The notes: generated from the letters alone by a model not told the origin. A stretch of DNA of 20,000 nt from an uncultured virus (IMG/VR IMGVR_UViG_3300009666_001319) (IMGVR_UViG_3300009666_001319); one strand, 5' to 3'. Positions 1 to 8,417 are shown, numbered from the stretch's first letter. Numbers and translations: made by a program.

Positions 1-1189
1 TGCAGGTATACACATCCCCGTTCTTCAGCTGCTTCATGACCTTGGCGCTGATGTAGTCAGGCACCATGCGTTTCGCGGTACACTCCGCGGCAAGGACGGT
101 CAGGTACCAGTAAGGCGCGTCCTCGGTGATGTTGTCCTCGTCCAGGACATAGATCAGTTTCGGAAATGCCGGCGACACCCAGACGCCGACCTCGTTCTTG
201 ATTCCTTCGTGGCGCTGCTTCAGCGTCTCCGCGATAATCAGCGCAAGGTCATCCCGTGTCTGACCCGGCTCCACTTCACCCAAATACATGAATACTGAGA
301 CGAAAGGCGTCTGTCCGTTGGTGGTAAGGAGCGTCTGGATCTGATACTGGATGGTCTGGATGCCGCGCTGCACTTCTTTTCTCACGCGCATCTCCGCCAT
401 ACGGCTGACCTCATCCTCGGTGTAGTCCCGGCCGATGGCCATGAACTCATCTTTGATCTCACTTTTATATTTCTGGCGGGACACATCCACAAAAGGCGCA
501 AGGTGCGCCAGGGAAATGGTCTGCCCGCCATAGGTATTCGATGCCACCTGCGCGATGATCTGTGTCGCTATGTTGCAGGCGGTCGAAAAGCTGTGCGGCT
601 TCTCGATCAGGGTCTCCGTGATCACCGTGCCATTCTGGAGCATATCCTCCAGGTTGACCAGCTCACAATTTGAAATCGGACCGGAGACATAGCCCATGTC
701 ATGGATGTGGATGATACCCTCGTCATGGGCATGGATCACATCCTCCGGGAAAATGTATCTCCGGCAGATATCCTCGGAGACCTCCGAGGCGAGGTAGTCC
801 CTCATGGTGGAATTCAGGATTGGGTCCTTGTTGGCGTTTTCCTGCTTCGCCAGCTCATTGTCATGGCGCAGGAGCGACAGGATCTTGGCATCCGTGCTGT
901 TCTGCTTCCTGAGAAGCTCGTGGCGCAGACGATAATCGCTGTAGTGCCGGGCAAGCCTGTGCGCCTCGGCCTGATCCAGTTCATCGATCACCATGTCCTG
1001 GATTTCTTCGACGCTGACACTCCGGCCAAGCGCCTCGCAGCGCACCCTGATTCTCCCGGCAATGGACTCAGCCTGTTCCGTAGGGATGCGGTCTTCCTCC
1101 ACCACATCCGCGTTCGCGGCTTCCAGCGCCGCGATGATCTTATCTGTCTTGAACGGTACCTCTGTACCATCCCGTTTGATGATCTTCAA
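1..1189 (-). CDS. nrdD: Anaerobic (class III) ribonucleoside-triphosphate reductase with N-terminal ATP-cone; 5' part only, runs off the left edge
   Basis: Not in the ORF track; translated by hand from TTG at 1189, which overlaps the upstream TGA. Reads MKIIKRDGTEVPFKTDKIIAAL (ATP-cone) ... ENANKD ... AHDEGIIHIHD ... NCELVNLEDML ... IEKPHSFSTACNIATQIIAQVASNTYGGQT ... TTNGQTPF ... PAFPKLIY ... KRMVPDYIS ... GDVYTC. Frame is open to the window edge. Confidence 0.95.
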   Translation of the reverse strand, partial: MKIIKRDGTEVPFKTDKIIAALEAANADVVEEDRIPTEQAESIAGRIRVRCEALGRSVSVEEIQDMVIDELDQAEAHRLARHYSDYRLRHELLRKQNSTDAKILSLLRHDNELAKQENANKDPILNSTMRDYLASEVSEDICRRYIFPEDVIHAHDEGIIHIHDMGYVSGPISNCELVNLEDMLQNGTVITETLIEKPHSFSTACNIATQIIAQVASNTYGGQTISLAHLAPFVDVSRQKYKSEIKDEFMAIGRDYTEDEVSRMAEMRVRKEVQRGIQTIQYQIQTLLTTNGQTPFVSVFMYLGEVEPGQTRDDLALIIAETLKQRHEGIKNEVGVWVSPAFPKLIYVLDEDNITEDAPYWYLTVLAAECTAKRMVPDYISAKVMKQLKNGDVYTC

Positions 1190-1665
1190 CTCATGTCCTC
1201 CCTCATTCTCTCCTCGGCTTCCTTCAGCAGTTCCTCGCAGGATTTCCCTTCATGGTCCCGGCACTGTATGTCCAGGCATTTGAAAACCTCGTTCTGCTCT
1301 TCAGCCGTCAGGTCGATAGTGTACAGTTCTTCGTTATCTTCAGAATCGGCGTTGACCACGATGAATTCGATACAGGAATCCATGTGGTTATCCGAGAAAC
1401 CGTTCAGGCCAACATAGAAGTCGTACCAGCCCTCGTTGTCACAGGTATCATCGGTGAACTCGTCCATCGGGTGCATCGGTTTGAAACCCGTGTCCTTGCG
1501 GATACGGTCTGCGATCTGCACCAGCCCGTTTGTCGCCATCAACTGGAAGCCCACGGTCGGAAACCGGCAGGGGTAATCCAGGTAGCACTGGTCATCGCCG
1601 TACATGATCTCCGATCCGAAGTCGATGAATATCTCGTCCTTCACAAAGCCTTCCGTCAGCGTCAT
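1186..1665 (-). CDS. Acidic hypothetical protein (~159 aa)
   Basis: ATG at 1665 with AGGAGG RBS; ATGA overlap with the upstream stop; its own stop overlaps the nrdD start. Confidence 0.8.
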   Translation of the reverse strand: MTLTEGFVKDEIFIDFGSEIMYGDDQCYLDYPCRFPTVGFQLMATNGLVQIADRIRKDTGFKPMHPMDEFTDDTCDNEGWYDFYVGLNGFSDNHMDSCIEFIVVNADSEDNEELYTIDLTAEEQNEVFKCLDIQCRDHEGKSCEELLKEAEERMREDMS

Positions 1666-1949
1666 AACCGCGCCTCCTGTCTCCTGCACTTCCTGTCCAC
1701 CATGATCTGTATGTCATGGTCGGAGATATCGTAGATTTCCTGCATCTGCTTCATGCAGATCAGGCAATCCGCCATCTCCTCGATAAGGTTATATCGTGCC
1801 GCTTCGTCGTTCTTCCCGGCATTGGCAGCCCTGCGCATCTTGGAAACAGCCTGGATCAGCTCTGCGGCTTCCTCCATATGTACCATTGCCTGTGCGTCAG
1901 CCCCGTACCGGGCGATAACCTTCGTCTGCTGCGGAACGTTAATCCACAT
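1662..1949 (-). CDS. MazG-like all-alpha NTP pyrophosphohydrolase
   Basis: EEAAELIQAVSK ... LIEEMAD matches the ExxE...ExxD metal-binding pattern of MazG-like proteins. Confidence 0.75.
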   Translation of the reverse strand: MWINVPQQTKVIARYGADAQAMVHMEEAAELIQAVSKMRRAANAGKNDEAARYNLIEEMADCLICMKQMQEIYDISDHDIQIMVDRKCRRQEARL

Positions 1950-2262
1950 CGCTGCCTCCCTTCTTCTGCTTTCCCAGAAATGTGATGTATCGGTTGATAT
2001 ACCAGATTGCCTTGCGGAGATCCTCCTCCGTCTTTGACGGGTCCTTGCGTCCGGCTCTTGCGATATATTTCACCGCGTTGCCGAGATGATACGGAAGGTC
2101 CAGTCCCTCGATCACGTCTATGACTTCGATGGAGCCATAGGTGTAATGGGCAGGATGGTTCACGTTGTCCGGAGCATCCGGTATGTCCTCAATGGGTTCT
2201 CCATTTGTCTGGGCCATACCATCCCTGTAGATGACCGGCTCACTTTTTCTTCTTCTCAGCAT
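1939..2262 (-). CDS. DUF3310 (SaV-like) phage protein
   Basis: DNVNHPAHY..G.IEVID ... GNAVKYIARAGRKD ... EDLRKAIWY signature; AGGAGG RBS. Confidence 0.9.
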   Translation of the reverse strand: MLRRRKSEPVIYRDGMAQTNGEPIEDIPDAPDNVNHPAHYTYGSIEVIDVIEGLDLPYHLGNAVKYIARAGRKDPSKTEEDLRKAIWYINRYITFLGKQKKGGSDVD

Positions 2263-2443
2263 TCTCGCGCCTCCTGTTCTGTTTGCATATGATGTCGATG
2301 CACTCTACTGCGTGGCAGCAGTAAGGGCAGTCATACGGATACCGCGGACAATCCTCACCGCGTTTCCTGGTAAAACGAAAAAGCGCCACAAAACAAACGG
2401 TGCCCGTTACGCATATGATTCCAGCCATGATCCAATCAAGCAT
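2240..2443 (-). CDS. Small hypothetical protein with N-terminal transmembrane helix and Cys-rich C-terminus
   Basis: ATG at 2443 after an AGGAGG RBS; overlaps both neighbours; WIMAGIICVTGTVCFVALF then CPRYPYDCPYCCHAVEC. Confidence 0.6.
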   Translation of the reverse strand: MLDWIMAGIICVTGTVCFVALFRFTRKRGEDCPRYPYDCPYCCHAVECIDIICKQNRRRENAEKKKK

Positions 2444-2753
2444 CGCTTCCTCCTGTTTCTTCCTGCGCCCGCTTCGCACGGCACCAGGCGGTCCGGCATT
2501 TCCCGGAGCAGAACTTCTTCCTCCGACCGCGCTTTGGCTGCGTCAGCTTCTTGCCGCACACAGGGCAGCGGTCGTTATGCTCACACCACACGGGATAGTT
2601 CAGCCTGACAAGCCAGCCGTCCCCGGCGAGTCCGTGGGTCTTGCAGTAAAGCTCTACCTTGTTCAGTTTCAGGTGAAGGCTTCCTGCAATCGCCCGGTAG
2701 CCGATTCCCTGGAGGCGCATGGAGCGGATCAGTTCTTTCTGTACCTCGGTCAT
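2436..2753 (-). CDS. HTH plus Zn-finger protein, putative regulator
   Basis: ATG at 2753 after AAGGAGAGAGG; HTH-like GIGYRAIAGSLHLKLNKVELYC; CPVCG ... FCSGKCR Zn-binding motif. Confidence 0.8.
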   Translation of the reverse strand: MTEVQKELIRSMRLQGIGYRAIAGSLHLKLNKVELYCKTHGLAGDGWLVRLNYPVWCEHNDRCPVCGKKLTQPKRGRRKKFCSGKCRTAWCRAKRAQEETGGSDA

Positions 2754-3019
2754 CAGCCTCTCTCCTTGTGCCATGCCCACACGGGGTTTTCATGTAATAA
2801 TGCGAATATGTAAAAAACGCCTGAGTTTCCGCTTGTTTCCGGCTCGAAAACAGCGTATTCCCATGCGTTTTTGTAACGAAATGCAGCACCCGCCAGCGCC
2901 TGCGGTTTTCCCAGCCGGGAATTCCAAAAACCGCTGAAAATCAAGGATGCAACAGCATTTTTCGGATGTAAACCGCACCCTGCCGGAGCCCATCCGGGGA
3001 CCCTGCCGGGTAGGGGGCC

Positions 3020-3100
3020 TTGCAATTTCGCGTTTTTCAACGCGAGAGGGGGCGGCGGTCTGTGGGAAACTTCACTGTAGAGAAGTGACCCAGGCCCCTG
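3020..3100. other. Candidate cos (cohesive end/packaging) site
   Basis: GC-only core GGGGGCGGCGG (3048-3058) flanked by AGA/TCT, next to inverted repeat TCGCGTT-N4-AACGCGA (3028-3045), in the non-coding region shortly downstream of the phage HNH gene, the usual cos position in HK97-like cos phages. Confidence 0.55.
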
Positions 3101-3126
3101 GGGGCCGCCGCTACCGCCTGCCCCGC

Positions 3127-3315
3127 TCAGTGCTTCAGCACAAGCACGATGATGACTGCGATGAAGACAGCCACGACAAAGGTCAGCCACAGAGGACTGA
3201 GCACCCACAGCCAGCTCCAGGTGATGACGCCGGTCAGCTTCAGCGCAACGAACAGCAGGGTCAGTGCCTCGAAGAAGCCGAGCCCCACGGTCTTGATCTC
3301 TTTCTTCTCGTTCAT
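3127..3315 (-). CDS. Small two-transmembrane phage protein
   Basis: GLGFFEALTLLFVALKLTGVITWSWLWVLSPLW, a recurrent phage membrane-peptide pattern; AAAGGA RBS. Confidence 0.8.
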   Translation of the reverse strand: MNEKKEIKTVGLGFFEALTLLFVALKLTGVITWSWLWVLSPLWLTFVVAVFIAVIIVLVLKH

Positions 3316-3330
3316 GTATCGGTTCCTTTC

Positions 3331-3690
3331 TCAGTAGTGGTAGGTCGGTGTGTTGTCGTTCGCCCTGGTCTTCATGCTGTGGTGACGGTGGCAGAGCGCC
3401 TGCCAGTTACCCTGATCCCAGAACAACGTCCGGTCACCTCGGTGCGGAATGATGTGGTCAACGTCGGTCGCCTTGACGTACCGGCCTTCCTTCATGCACT
3501 CCACACACAGCGGATGCGCTTCCAGGTATTTCTTCCTTGCTTTCTGCCATGCCCTTGTGTATCCCCTCGCATCGGCACTTCTCACTTCCTCCGGATGCAT
3601 CGGTTTGTGAACCTCGCAGTATTTGGTACCGTATGGTACGAGCGCCGCACAGCCGGGATGCCGGCATGGTGTCTTCGGTCGTGATGGCAT
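3331..3690 (-). CDS. Phage HNH endonuclease (terminase-associated, HK97 gp74-like)
   Basis: ATG at 3690 with AGGAG RBS; MPSRPKTPCRHPGC ... HPLCVEC ... ATDVDHIIPHRGD ... FWDQGNWQALCHRHHSMKT. Confidence 0.92.
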   Translation of the reverse strand: MPSRPKTPCRHPGCAALVPYGTKYCEVHKPMHPEEVRSADARGYTRAWQKARKKYLEAHPLCVECMKEGRYVKATDVDHIIPHRGDRTLFWDQGNWQALCHRHHSMKTRANDNTPTYHY

Positions 3691-3755
3691 GATGTGTAAT
3701 CTCCTATCGGGAGGGGAGTTGCTGTTTCCCGATTCCGGGCTGTCAAACAACTCCC

Positions 3756-3793
3756 CTCATATACTGTCGTGGGAGAGGCTGTTTTAGAAGTAT
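3756..3793 (-). promoter_or_regulatory. Copy A of a 38-bp direct repeat; candidate promoter for the element-encoded sigma-like factor
   Basis: CTCATATACTGTCGTGGGAGAggcTGTTTTAGAAGTAT, 36/38 identical to 17044-17081; lies just after the metK stop and upstream of the HNH gene. Confidence 0.65.
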
Positions 3794-3817
3794 GCCTCGA
3801 AAAAAAAGTTTTATTTT

Positions 3818-4909
3818 TTAGGACTCCCACGGAAGACCGGCTTTTCCGAAGTGCCCGTATGCGGAAACCTTGTTATAATCCACATTCAGCAGATCGAGAC
3901 TTTTGATGATCCCTTTCGGGGTCAGGTCGTAGTTCTCGCGCACAAAGGCTTCCAGAAACGCCTTATCCTGATGCTCGGTTCCGAAGGTCTCGATATAGAT
4001 GCTGACCGGCTCCGCCACACCGATGGCATAGGCGATCTGGACTTCGCACTTATCCGCATATCCGGCTCTCACGATATCCACCGCAATCTTTCTCGCAGCA
4101 TAGGCGCCGGAACGATCCACCTTGGATGGGTCTTTCCCGCTCATCGCGCCTCCACCGATATGACCGACACCACCGTAGGTATCGCAAGCGAGTTTTCTTC
4201 CGGTCACGCCGCAATCGGCAAAACTGCCGCCGATAACGAAACGGCCGGTCGGATTGACCAGTTTTTCAAAGTCGGTATTCAGCCCGTTCTCACAGGCGGC
4301 CAATACCATGATGCCCTCGATGATATGGCGGAAATCTGCGGGGTCCACATCTGTGGAATGCTGAACCGAACACAGGAAGGTTGTGATCTTCCCGGATTCG
4401 TAGTCATAGCTGACTTGGGCTTTCGCATCGGCGCGGAACATGCGGCTCGGATGCGCTTTGAGAATCTGGAGGAAACGGGTCGCCACCACAAAGGGGATCG
4501 GCAGAAGCTCCGCCGTCTCATTGGTGGCGTAACCGAACATCATGCCCTGATCTCCCGCTCCGCCCTTATCCACACCGAGAGCGATATCCGGGCTCTGCTC
4601 TTTCACCAGGATGCCGATATCGGGACCGAGGAAAAATGAATCCCTGAAATCGACCGCTTTTCCATAGTCCATCTTCTGCATCCCGATCCTCTCAAAGACC
4701 TGGTAAACCAGAGCCTTGTAATCCGGCTTGTGTTCGCTGGTCAACTCGCCGGCGATGATGATGTGGTTGTCCTTGATCAGGACTTCTATTGCGACCCTGC
4801 TCTTCGGATCGTGCTGCAGGCACTCCGTCACAATCGCATCCGCAATCTGATCGCAGATTTTATCGGGATGACCATTGCTGACCTGCTCACAAGTAATAAT
4901 TCTGCTCAT
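3818..4909 (-). CDS. metK: S-adenosylmethionine synthetase (363 aa)
   Basis: ATG at 4909 (ATGA overlap); GHPDKICDQIADA, QSPDI, GAGDQG, NPTGRFVIGG, TGRK, DTYGG, GGGAMSGKDPSKVDRSGAY, YGHFG motifs. Confidence 0.96.
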   Translation of the reverse strand: MSRIITCEQVSNGHPDKICDQIADAIVTECLQHDPKSRVAIEVLIKDNHIIIAGELTSEHKPDYKALVYQVFERIGMQKMDYGKAVDFRDSFFLGPDIGILVKEQSPDIALGVDKGGAGDQGMMFGYATNETAELLPIPFVVATRFLQILKAHPSRMFRADAKAQVSYDYESGKITTFLCSVQHSTDVDPADFRHIIEGIMVLAACENGLNTDFEKLVNPTGRFVIGGSFADCGVTGRKLACDTYGGVGHIGGGAMSGKDPSKVDRSGAYAARKIAVDIVRAGYADKCEVQIAYAIGVAEPVSIYIETFGTEHQDKAFLEAFVRENYDLTPKGIIKSLDLLNVDYNKVSAYGHFGKAGLPWES

Positions 4910-5094
4910 AATGTTTTCCCTTTCTGTCGATTCTTCCCGGCTCTTGATTCTTTGATTTCTTTCACCGCTTCTCTCATGATGTCGGATACTGAGAGATCCG
5001 GCCTGTGCGACCAGACGATTGACACAAAAATGACTCCAAACAAAAGCAGCGGCAGAAAAACCACCGCCGCAAGGATCACAAATATCAACTTCAT
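4906..5094 (-). CDS. Small membrane-anchored hypothetical protein (62 aa)
   Basis: ATG at 5094 with AGGAGGT RBS; hydrophobic N-terminus; stop coupled to the metK start. Confidence 0.7.
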   Translation of the reverse strand: MKLIFVILAAVVFLPLLLFGVIFVSIVWSHRPDLSVSDIMREAVKEIKESRAGKNRQKGKTL

Positions 5095-5199
5095 CGCACC
5101 TCCTGATGCCCGGATGAACCTGACATCCTTTGCCGCTGCCGCCTTTGTCGTCGCCCACATAGTCGGCTCATGCAATGGATGTCCAAGGCATATCCGGGT

Positions 5200-5382
5200 A
5201 TTCTCTTTCCTCTATTTTCTTTTTTGTTGCATGATGTTGCTAATAAAAACAGTAAAATCCTATAAAGAAATGAAAAATAGAAAAATGGGTTTTTTCCCTG
5301 CACCGCGCCGCAACACAGGAAGAAATCTGCTGTCGCGGACTCAAATCTGCTGTTGCGGGCTCAAATCTGCTGTCGCGGGCTT
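5200..5382. repeat. Three tandem 20-bp repeats (5323-5382) next to an AT-rich tract; candidate replication origin
   Basis: AAATCTGCTGTCGCGGACTC / AAATCTGCTGTTGCGGGCTC / AAATCTGCTGTCGCGGGCTT; AT-rich ~5200-5295 containing TGTTGC twice, with inverted GCAACA at 5310-5315; directly downstream of the primase/helicase gene. Confidence 0.7.
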
Positions 5383-5439
5383 ACCGCGGAACAGACCTGC
5401 CCTGTCGCCGGACGATGCAGGGGAAAAAGGCGAGAATGC

Positions 5440-7890
5440 TTATCCCAAAACAGGAAAATCATCCTTCCCAACCTGCAACACATCACCCTCCACAGGTTCC
5501 TCGCCGTTTTCATATTCACGGAACCGGCAGCCCAGGAGCATAGTTGTCGCGCTTCCCCCATCAGCCGGGCGCTTCCTCTTGATCTCGAAGTACCGCTGGA
5601 TGGCGCTGTTGAAGTTCTGCTGATTCTCCGGGCGATAGGTATGCTTATCGCACCAGTCCTTATACCGTGTATAGACGGCAGAAGTGCGGACTTCATAAGC
5701 CTCGCCTTCCTCCAGCCATGAAGAAACAAACTGTCCGATACGATCGGAGTCCTCGCGGTATTCCGTGTTGGCATCGATGACTGCCTGCGGATCATGAAGC
5801 TGTTCTGCGCGGAAAAGATGGTATCCCTCAAGGCACCAGTTGAAGATGGCGGACAGGTTGGCATCCTCGGCAAAGAAAGCCTTCAGCCCCTTGTCCTGCT
5901 CATGCTCCTCAAAATGCCTCTTAAACGGGATGGTCTTCAGACGGCCGGAATCAAAAAGGGTCATGTCACTGACGTTGGGACGATAGTTGGTGTTGATGAA
6001 AATCTTGAAGTTCGGCTTGAAGTCGAAGCTGTTCTCATGCAGAAACCGGGCATTCAGAGTATCGTTGCCGGTCATCCTCTTAACCAGCGCGGCATTGAAG
6101 GTGATCTTCTTTTCCGGTTCCGAGATGTTCACAAAGCGCACTCCGGCCAGACGCGCAATCTCCTCGGACGGTCCGGATGCATTGGTGTTGCCGAACTTCG
6201 TGGAAAGCATCTCAGGGTTACTGGTTTTGCCGTAGTCGCCCATGATACGCAGGAAGGTCTCCATCGTGGTACCCTTACCGTTGCGACTGGTGGCTCCGTA
6301 GAGGATGAAGAGACACTCCAAAGAAGTATCCCCGGTCAGCGCGTAACCGAGAGCCTTTTGCAGGTATGCCGCCAGGTCGGAATCATTCATCATGACCTCT
6401 GTGATGAACTGCGCCCAGCGAGGACACGATGCCTCCGGGTCATAGGTCACGCCGGACATCAGTGTGATGAAGTCCTCCGGATCATGCGGACGGAATTCGC
6501 CTGTCGTCAGGTTCAGCGTCCCGTTCTTGCAGTTGAACAGATTTGTATTCTGGTCAAAAACCCTGTGCTTTACAGGATGAACGGACTTCGCATCCTCGAT
6601 CATGGTCTTCCTGTGCTTCCGGAGCTGCAGCTTTACCGCCCTCTTGATCAGGCGGGTTCTCGTATCCTCGTTCTTGATATCCCCGGCGAAGTGGTAGAGC
6701 TTATTTGCCAGATTCTTTGCAAGTTCTGCTACCGCCAGGGCATTCTCGTCCGGCTGCCAGACAGAGCCGTCATAGACATACCAGATACCACGGTCGGCAT
6801 TGAATCTCGCAATCGGCTTGTAATAATCAGCGAAGAGATTACCAATACCGATTTCATCATTGCTGTACTTCTCCTCCGACTGCGGCTTGAGCTCCTCCAG
6901 CGTCTTGGTAACCCGGCTCAGATCAGGACGGAAGCTGGCATGCTCATCCTCATCATCCAGATCGGCAAAATCATCCTCCGCAGATGTGGTTTCCCGGATC
7001 GGGCGATAAATCGTATCATTCGAGGACACCGCATTGCGGATGGTGATCTGGCCGTAGGTGCGATCACCCGTCTGCCGATCCCACTTGTCGCGCATGAGTC
7101 CAGAAGTTCTGAAGATGCGGTCGATCTGCTCCTCCACATTCCCGCACCAGAACGACAGGATAGAAACCAGCGCCATGTCCGCATCGGACTGGCTGTCGTA
7201 GCCTTCCTCCCAGCGTCCATCCATCAGGGCTTTGAACTTCTCCCCGGATTCCGATCTGGAAGCGTGTTCGATGACCTGCTCATCGGTCAGATAGGAACAC
7301 GGCTCGACAGTACGATTCGACACCTGCATCTTCCGCTTCATGAAGGTGTCCAGGAGATTCTGCAGCGCCTCATCGTTCCTGGTCACCGTGCCGGCGCGGA
7401 ACTCATCACCTGTGACAGTCACAAAGCGGTTGGTCGTTCCCGGCAGATAGACTTCCAATCCGTGCTGACGGTTGTTGATGTAGTAGACGGTCTTGTCGTA
7501 GGCAAAATCCGGAGACAGGCGGAAGAAACCGCGAAGGCCGGTACCGCTCGGAGACTTCTCGAAATAGGCGTCCGGCAGGAATGCCAGGATGCTCGCCGCC
7601 ACATCGTTGAGGCTCCCGTCCTCCCGGATGCAGTGATCGATGTCGATAGCACCGATGCCCTCGGAAACACGATAGCCGATGCCGTCCCAGCCGCCCATCG
7701 CATAGGCTTTCATTGCCGTGCCGAAGTCAGCGAAGGTAGACGGATCGTTGGTCTTCGCAAGCTGCCCGGTCCTCGGATTATAGGGAACCTTGGTGGGTTT
7801 CCCTCTGCGCTTTTCCAGTTTCCACACGCAGAAGGACGCATTGTTTTTAAGTTCCTGCGGGATGTTTACAAAGTTCACTTTTGCGCTCAT
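5440..7890 (-). CDS. Primase-polymerase (NrS-1-like AEP) fused to D5/P4-family SF3 helicase
   Basis: KVPYNP, IDIDHC, EKSPSGTGL, EVY...RFVTVTG; helical bundle SQSDADMAL...SGLMRDKW; D5_N FNCKNGTLNL; Walker A GATSRNGKGT; VKRMTGNDTLNARFLH. Confidence 0.92.
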   Translation of the reverse strand: MSAKVNFVNIPQELKNNASFCVWKLEKRRGKPTKVPYNPRTGQLAKTNDPSTFADFGTAMKAYAMGGWDGIGYRVSEGIGAIDIDHCIREDGSLNDVAASILAFLPDAYFEKSPSGTGLRGFFRLSPDFAYDKTVYYINNRQHGLEVYLPGTTNRFVTVTGDEFRAGTVTRNDEALQNLLDTFMKRKMQVSNRTVEPCSYLTDEQVIEHASRSESGEKFKALMDGRWEEGYDSQSDADMALVSILSFWCGNVEEQIDRIFRTSGLMRDKWDRQTGDRTYGQITIRNAVSSNDTIYRPIRETTSAEDDFADLDDEDEHASFRPDLSRVTKTLEELKPQSEEKYSNDEIGIGNLFADYYKPIARFNADRGIWYVYDGSVWQPDENALAVAELAKNLANKLYHFAGDIKNEDTRTRLIKRAVKLQLRKHRKTMIEDAKSVHPVKHRVFDQNTNLFNCKNGTLNLTTGEFRPHDPEDFITLMSGVTYDPEASCPRWAQFITEVMMNDSDLAAYLQKALGYALTGDTSLECLFILYGATSRNGKGTTMETFLRIMGDYGKTSNPEMLSTKFGNTNASGPSEEIARLAGVRFVNISEPEKKITFNAALVKRMTGNDTLNARFLHENSFDFKPNFKIFINTNYRPNVSDMTLFDSGRLKTIPFKRHFEEHEQDKGLKAFFAEDANLSAIFNWCLEGYHLFRAEQLHDPQAVIDANTEYREDSDRIGQFVSSWLEEGEAYEVRTSAVYTRYKDWCDKHTYRPENQQNFNSAIQRYFEIKRKRPADGGSATTMLLGCRFREYENGEEPVEGDVLQVGKDDFPVLG

Positions 7891-8402
7891 ACACTTGCGC
7901 TCCTTTCCTCGTTGTGCAGCGAAATGGGTACCAGACCGAGCTGGACGGAAACGGCGTGGTCGATGGAATCAATCAGATCCCTGTCCTCGATTCTGCCCAC
8001 ATAGTTTCTCAGCTGATCCTTGCTGATAGTCGTGATCTGCTCCGCCAGGATCATGGAATTATCCATCATCTGATGCTTGTCCGTGATAACATCCGGGTCC
8101 AGTTCCGTGTGGCACGGCAGGTTCGGCTTCTTAAGCTGCCTCGTCATCGGCAGCACATTCAGCGTCTCCGCATAGGTGTTACCGACATCGTTCGACACGA
8201 TCAGCACAGGACGGCAGCCGCCCTGCACGCTTGTCCCCGCATGGGGTTCGAGGTCGGCAAACCAGATGTCTCCCCGTTGCGGAGTGCGGGATGTGTTCCT
8301 GTATCGTCTGACCGGCTCCGCTGCCGGCGTTATATATTTCCACGGATTGAAACCGAGCCTCGACCGGTAATCCGTCCGCTTGCGTTTGTTCTTGCGTCCC
8401 AA
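7887..8402 (-). CDS. PemK/MazF-family endoribonuclease-like protein with basic N-terminal extension
   Basis: TTG start with AGGAGGTG RBS; QRGDIWFADL ... GGCRPVLIVSND ... VLPMT ... SMILAEQITTISK. Confidence 0.9.
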   Translation of the reverse strand: MGRKNKRKRTDYRSRLGFNPWKYITPAAEPVRRYRNTSRTPQRGDIWFADLEPHAGTSVQGGCRPVLIVSNDVGNTYAETLNVLPMTRQLKKPNLPCHTELDPDVITDKHQMMDNSMILAEQITTISKDQLRNYVGRIEDRDLIDSIDHAVSVQLGLVPISLHNEERSASV

Positions 8403-8417
8403 GTTTTCTTCACCTCC

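Noticed and set aside
701..1417. 238-aa plus-strand ORF and the small ORFs at 988-1283
   Set aside because: They overlap the clearly recognisable nrdD frame on the minus strand.
4910..5158. N-terminal extensions in the ORF track for MetK (and likewise PolA, DUF2815, DUF932, HNH, sigma-like)
   Set aside because: Downstream starts have clear RBS or stop/start overlaps and match expected family N-termini.
3700..5200. SAM riboswitch (S-box/SMK) near metK
   Set aside because: metK is translationally coupled to the upstream gene and I see no S-box consensus; an Rfam scan would settle it.
5091..5303. 70-aa minus-strand ORF whose stop overlaps the 5094 start
   Set aside because: Runs through the AT-rich origin-like region, no convincing RBS; cannot be supported.
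5323..5382. Possible CRISPR mini-array
   Set aside because: Repeats are directly adjacent with no spacers; the only Cas4-like gene is the ordinary phage DUF2800 nuclease.
5794..8004. 736-aa plus-strand ORF
   Set aside because: Antisense shadow of the primase gene; no recognisable motifs; expected from codon bias in GC-rich coding DNA.
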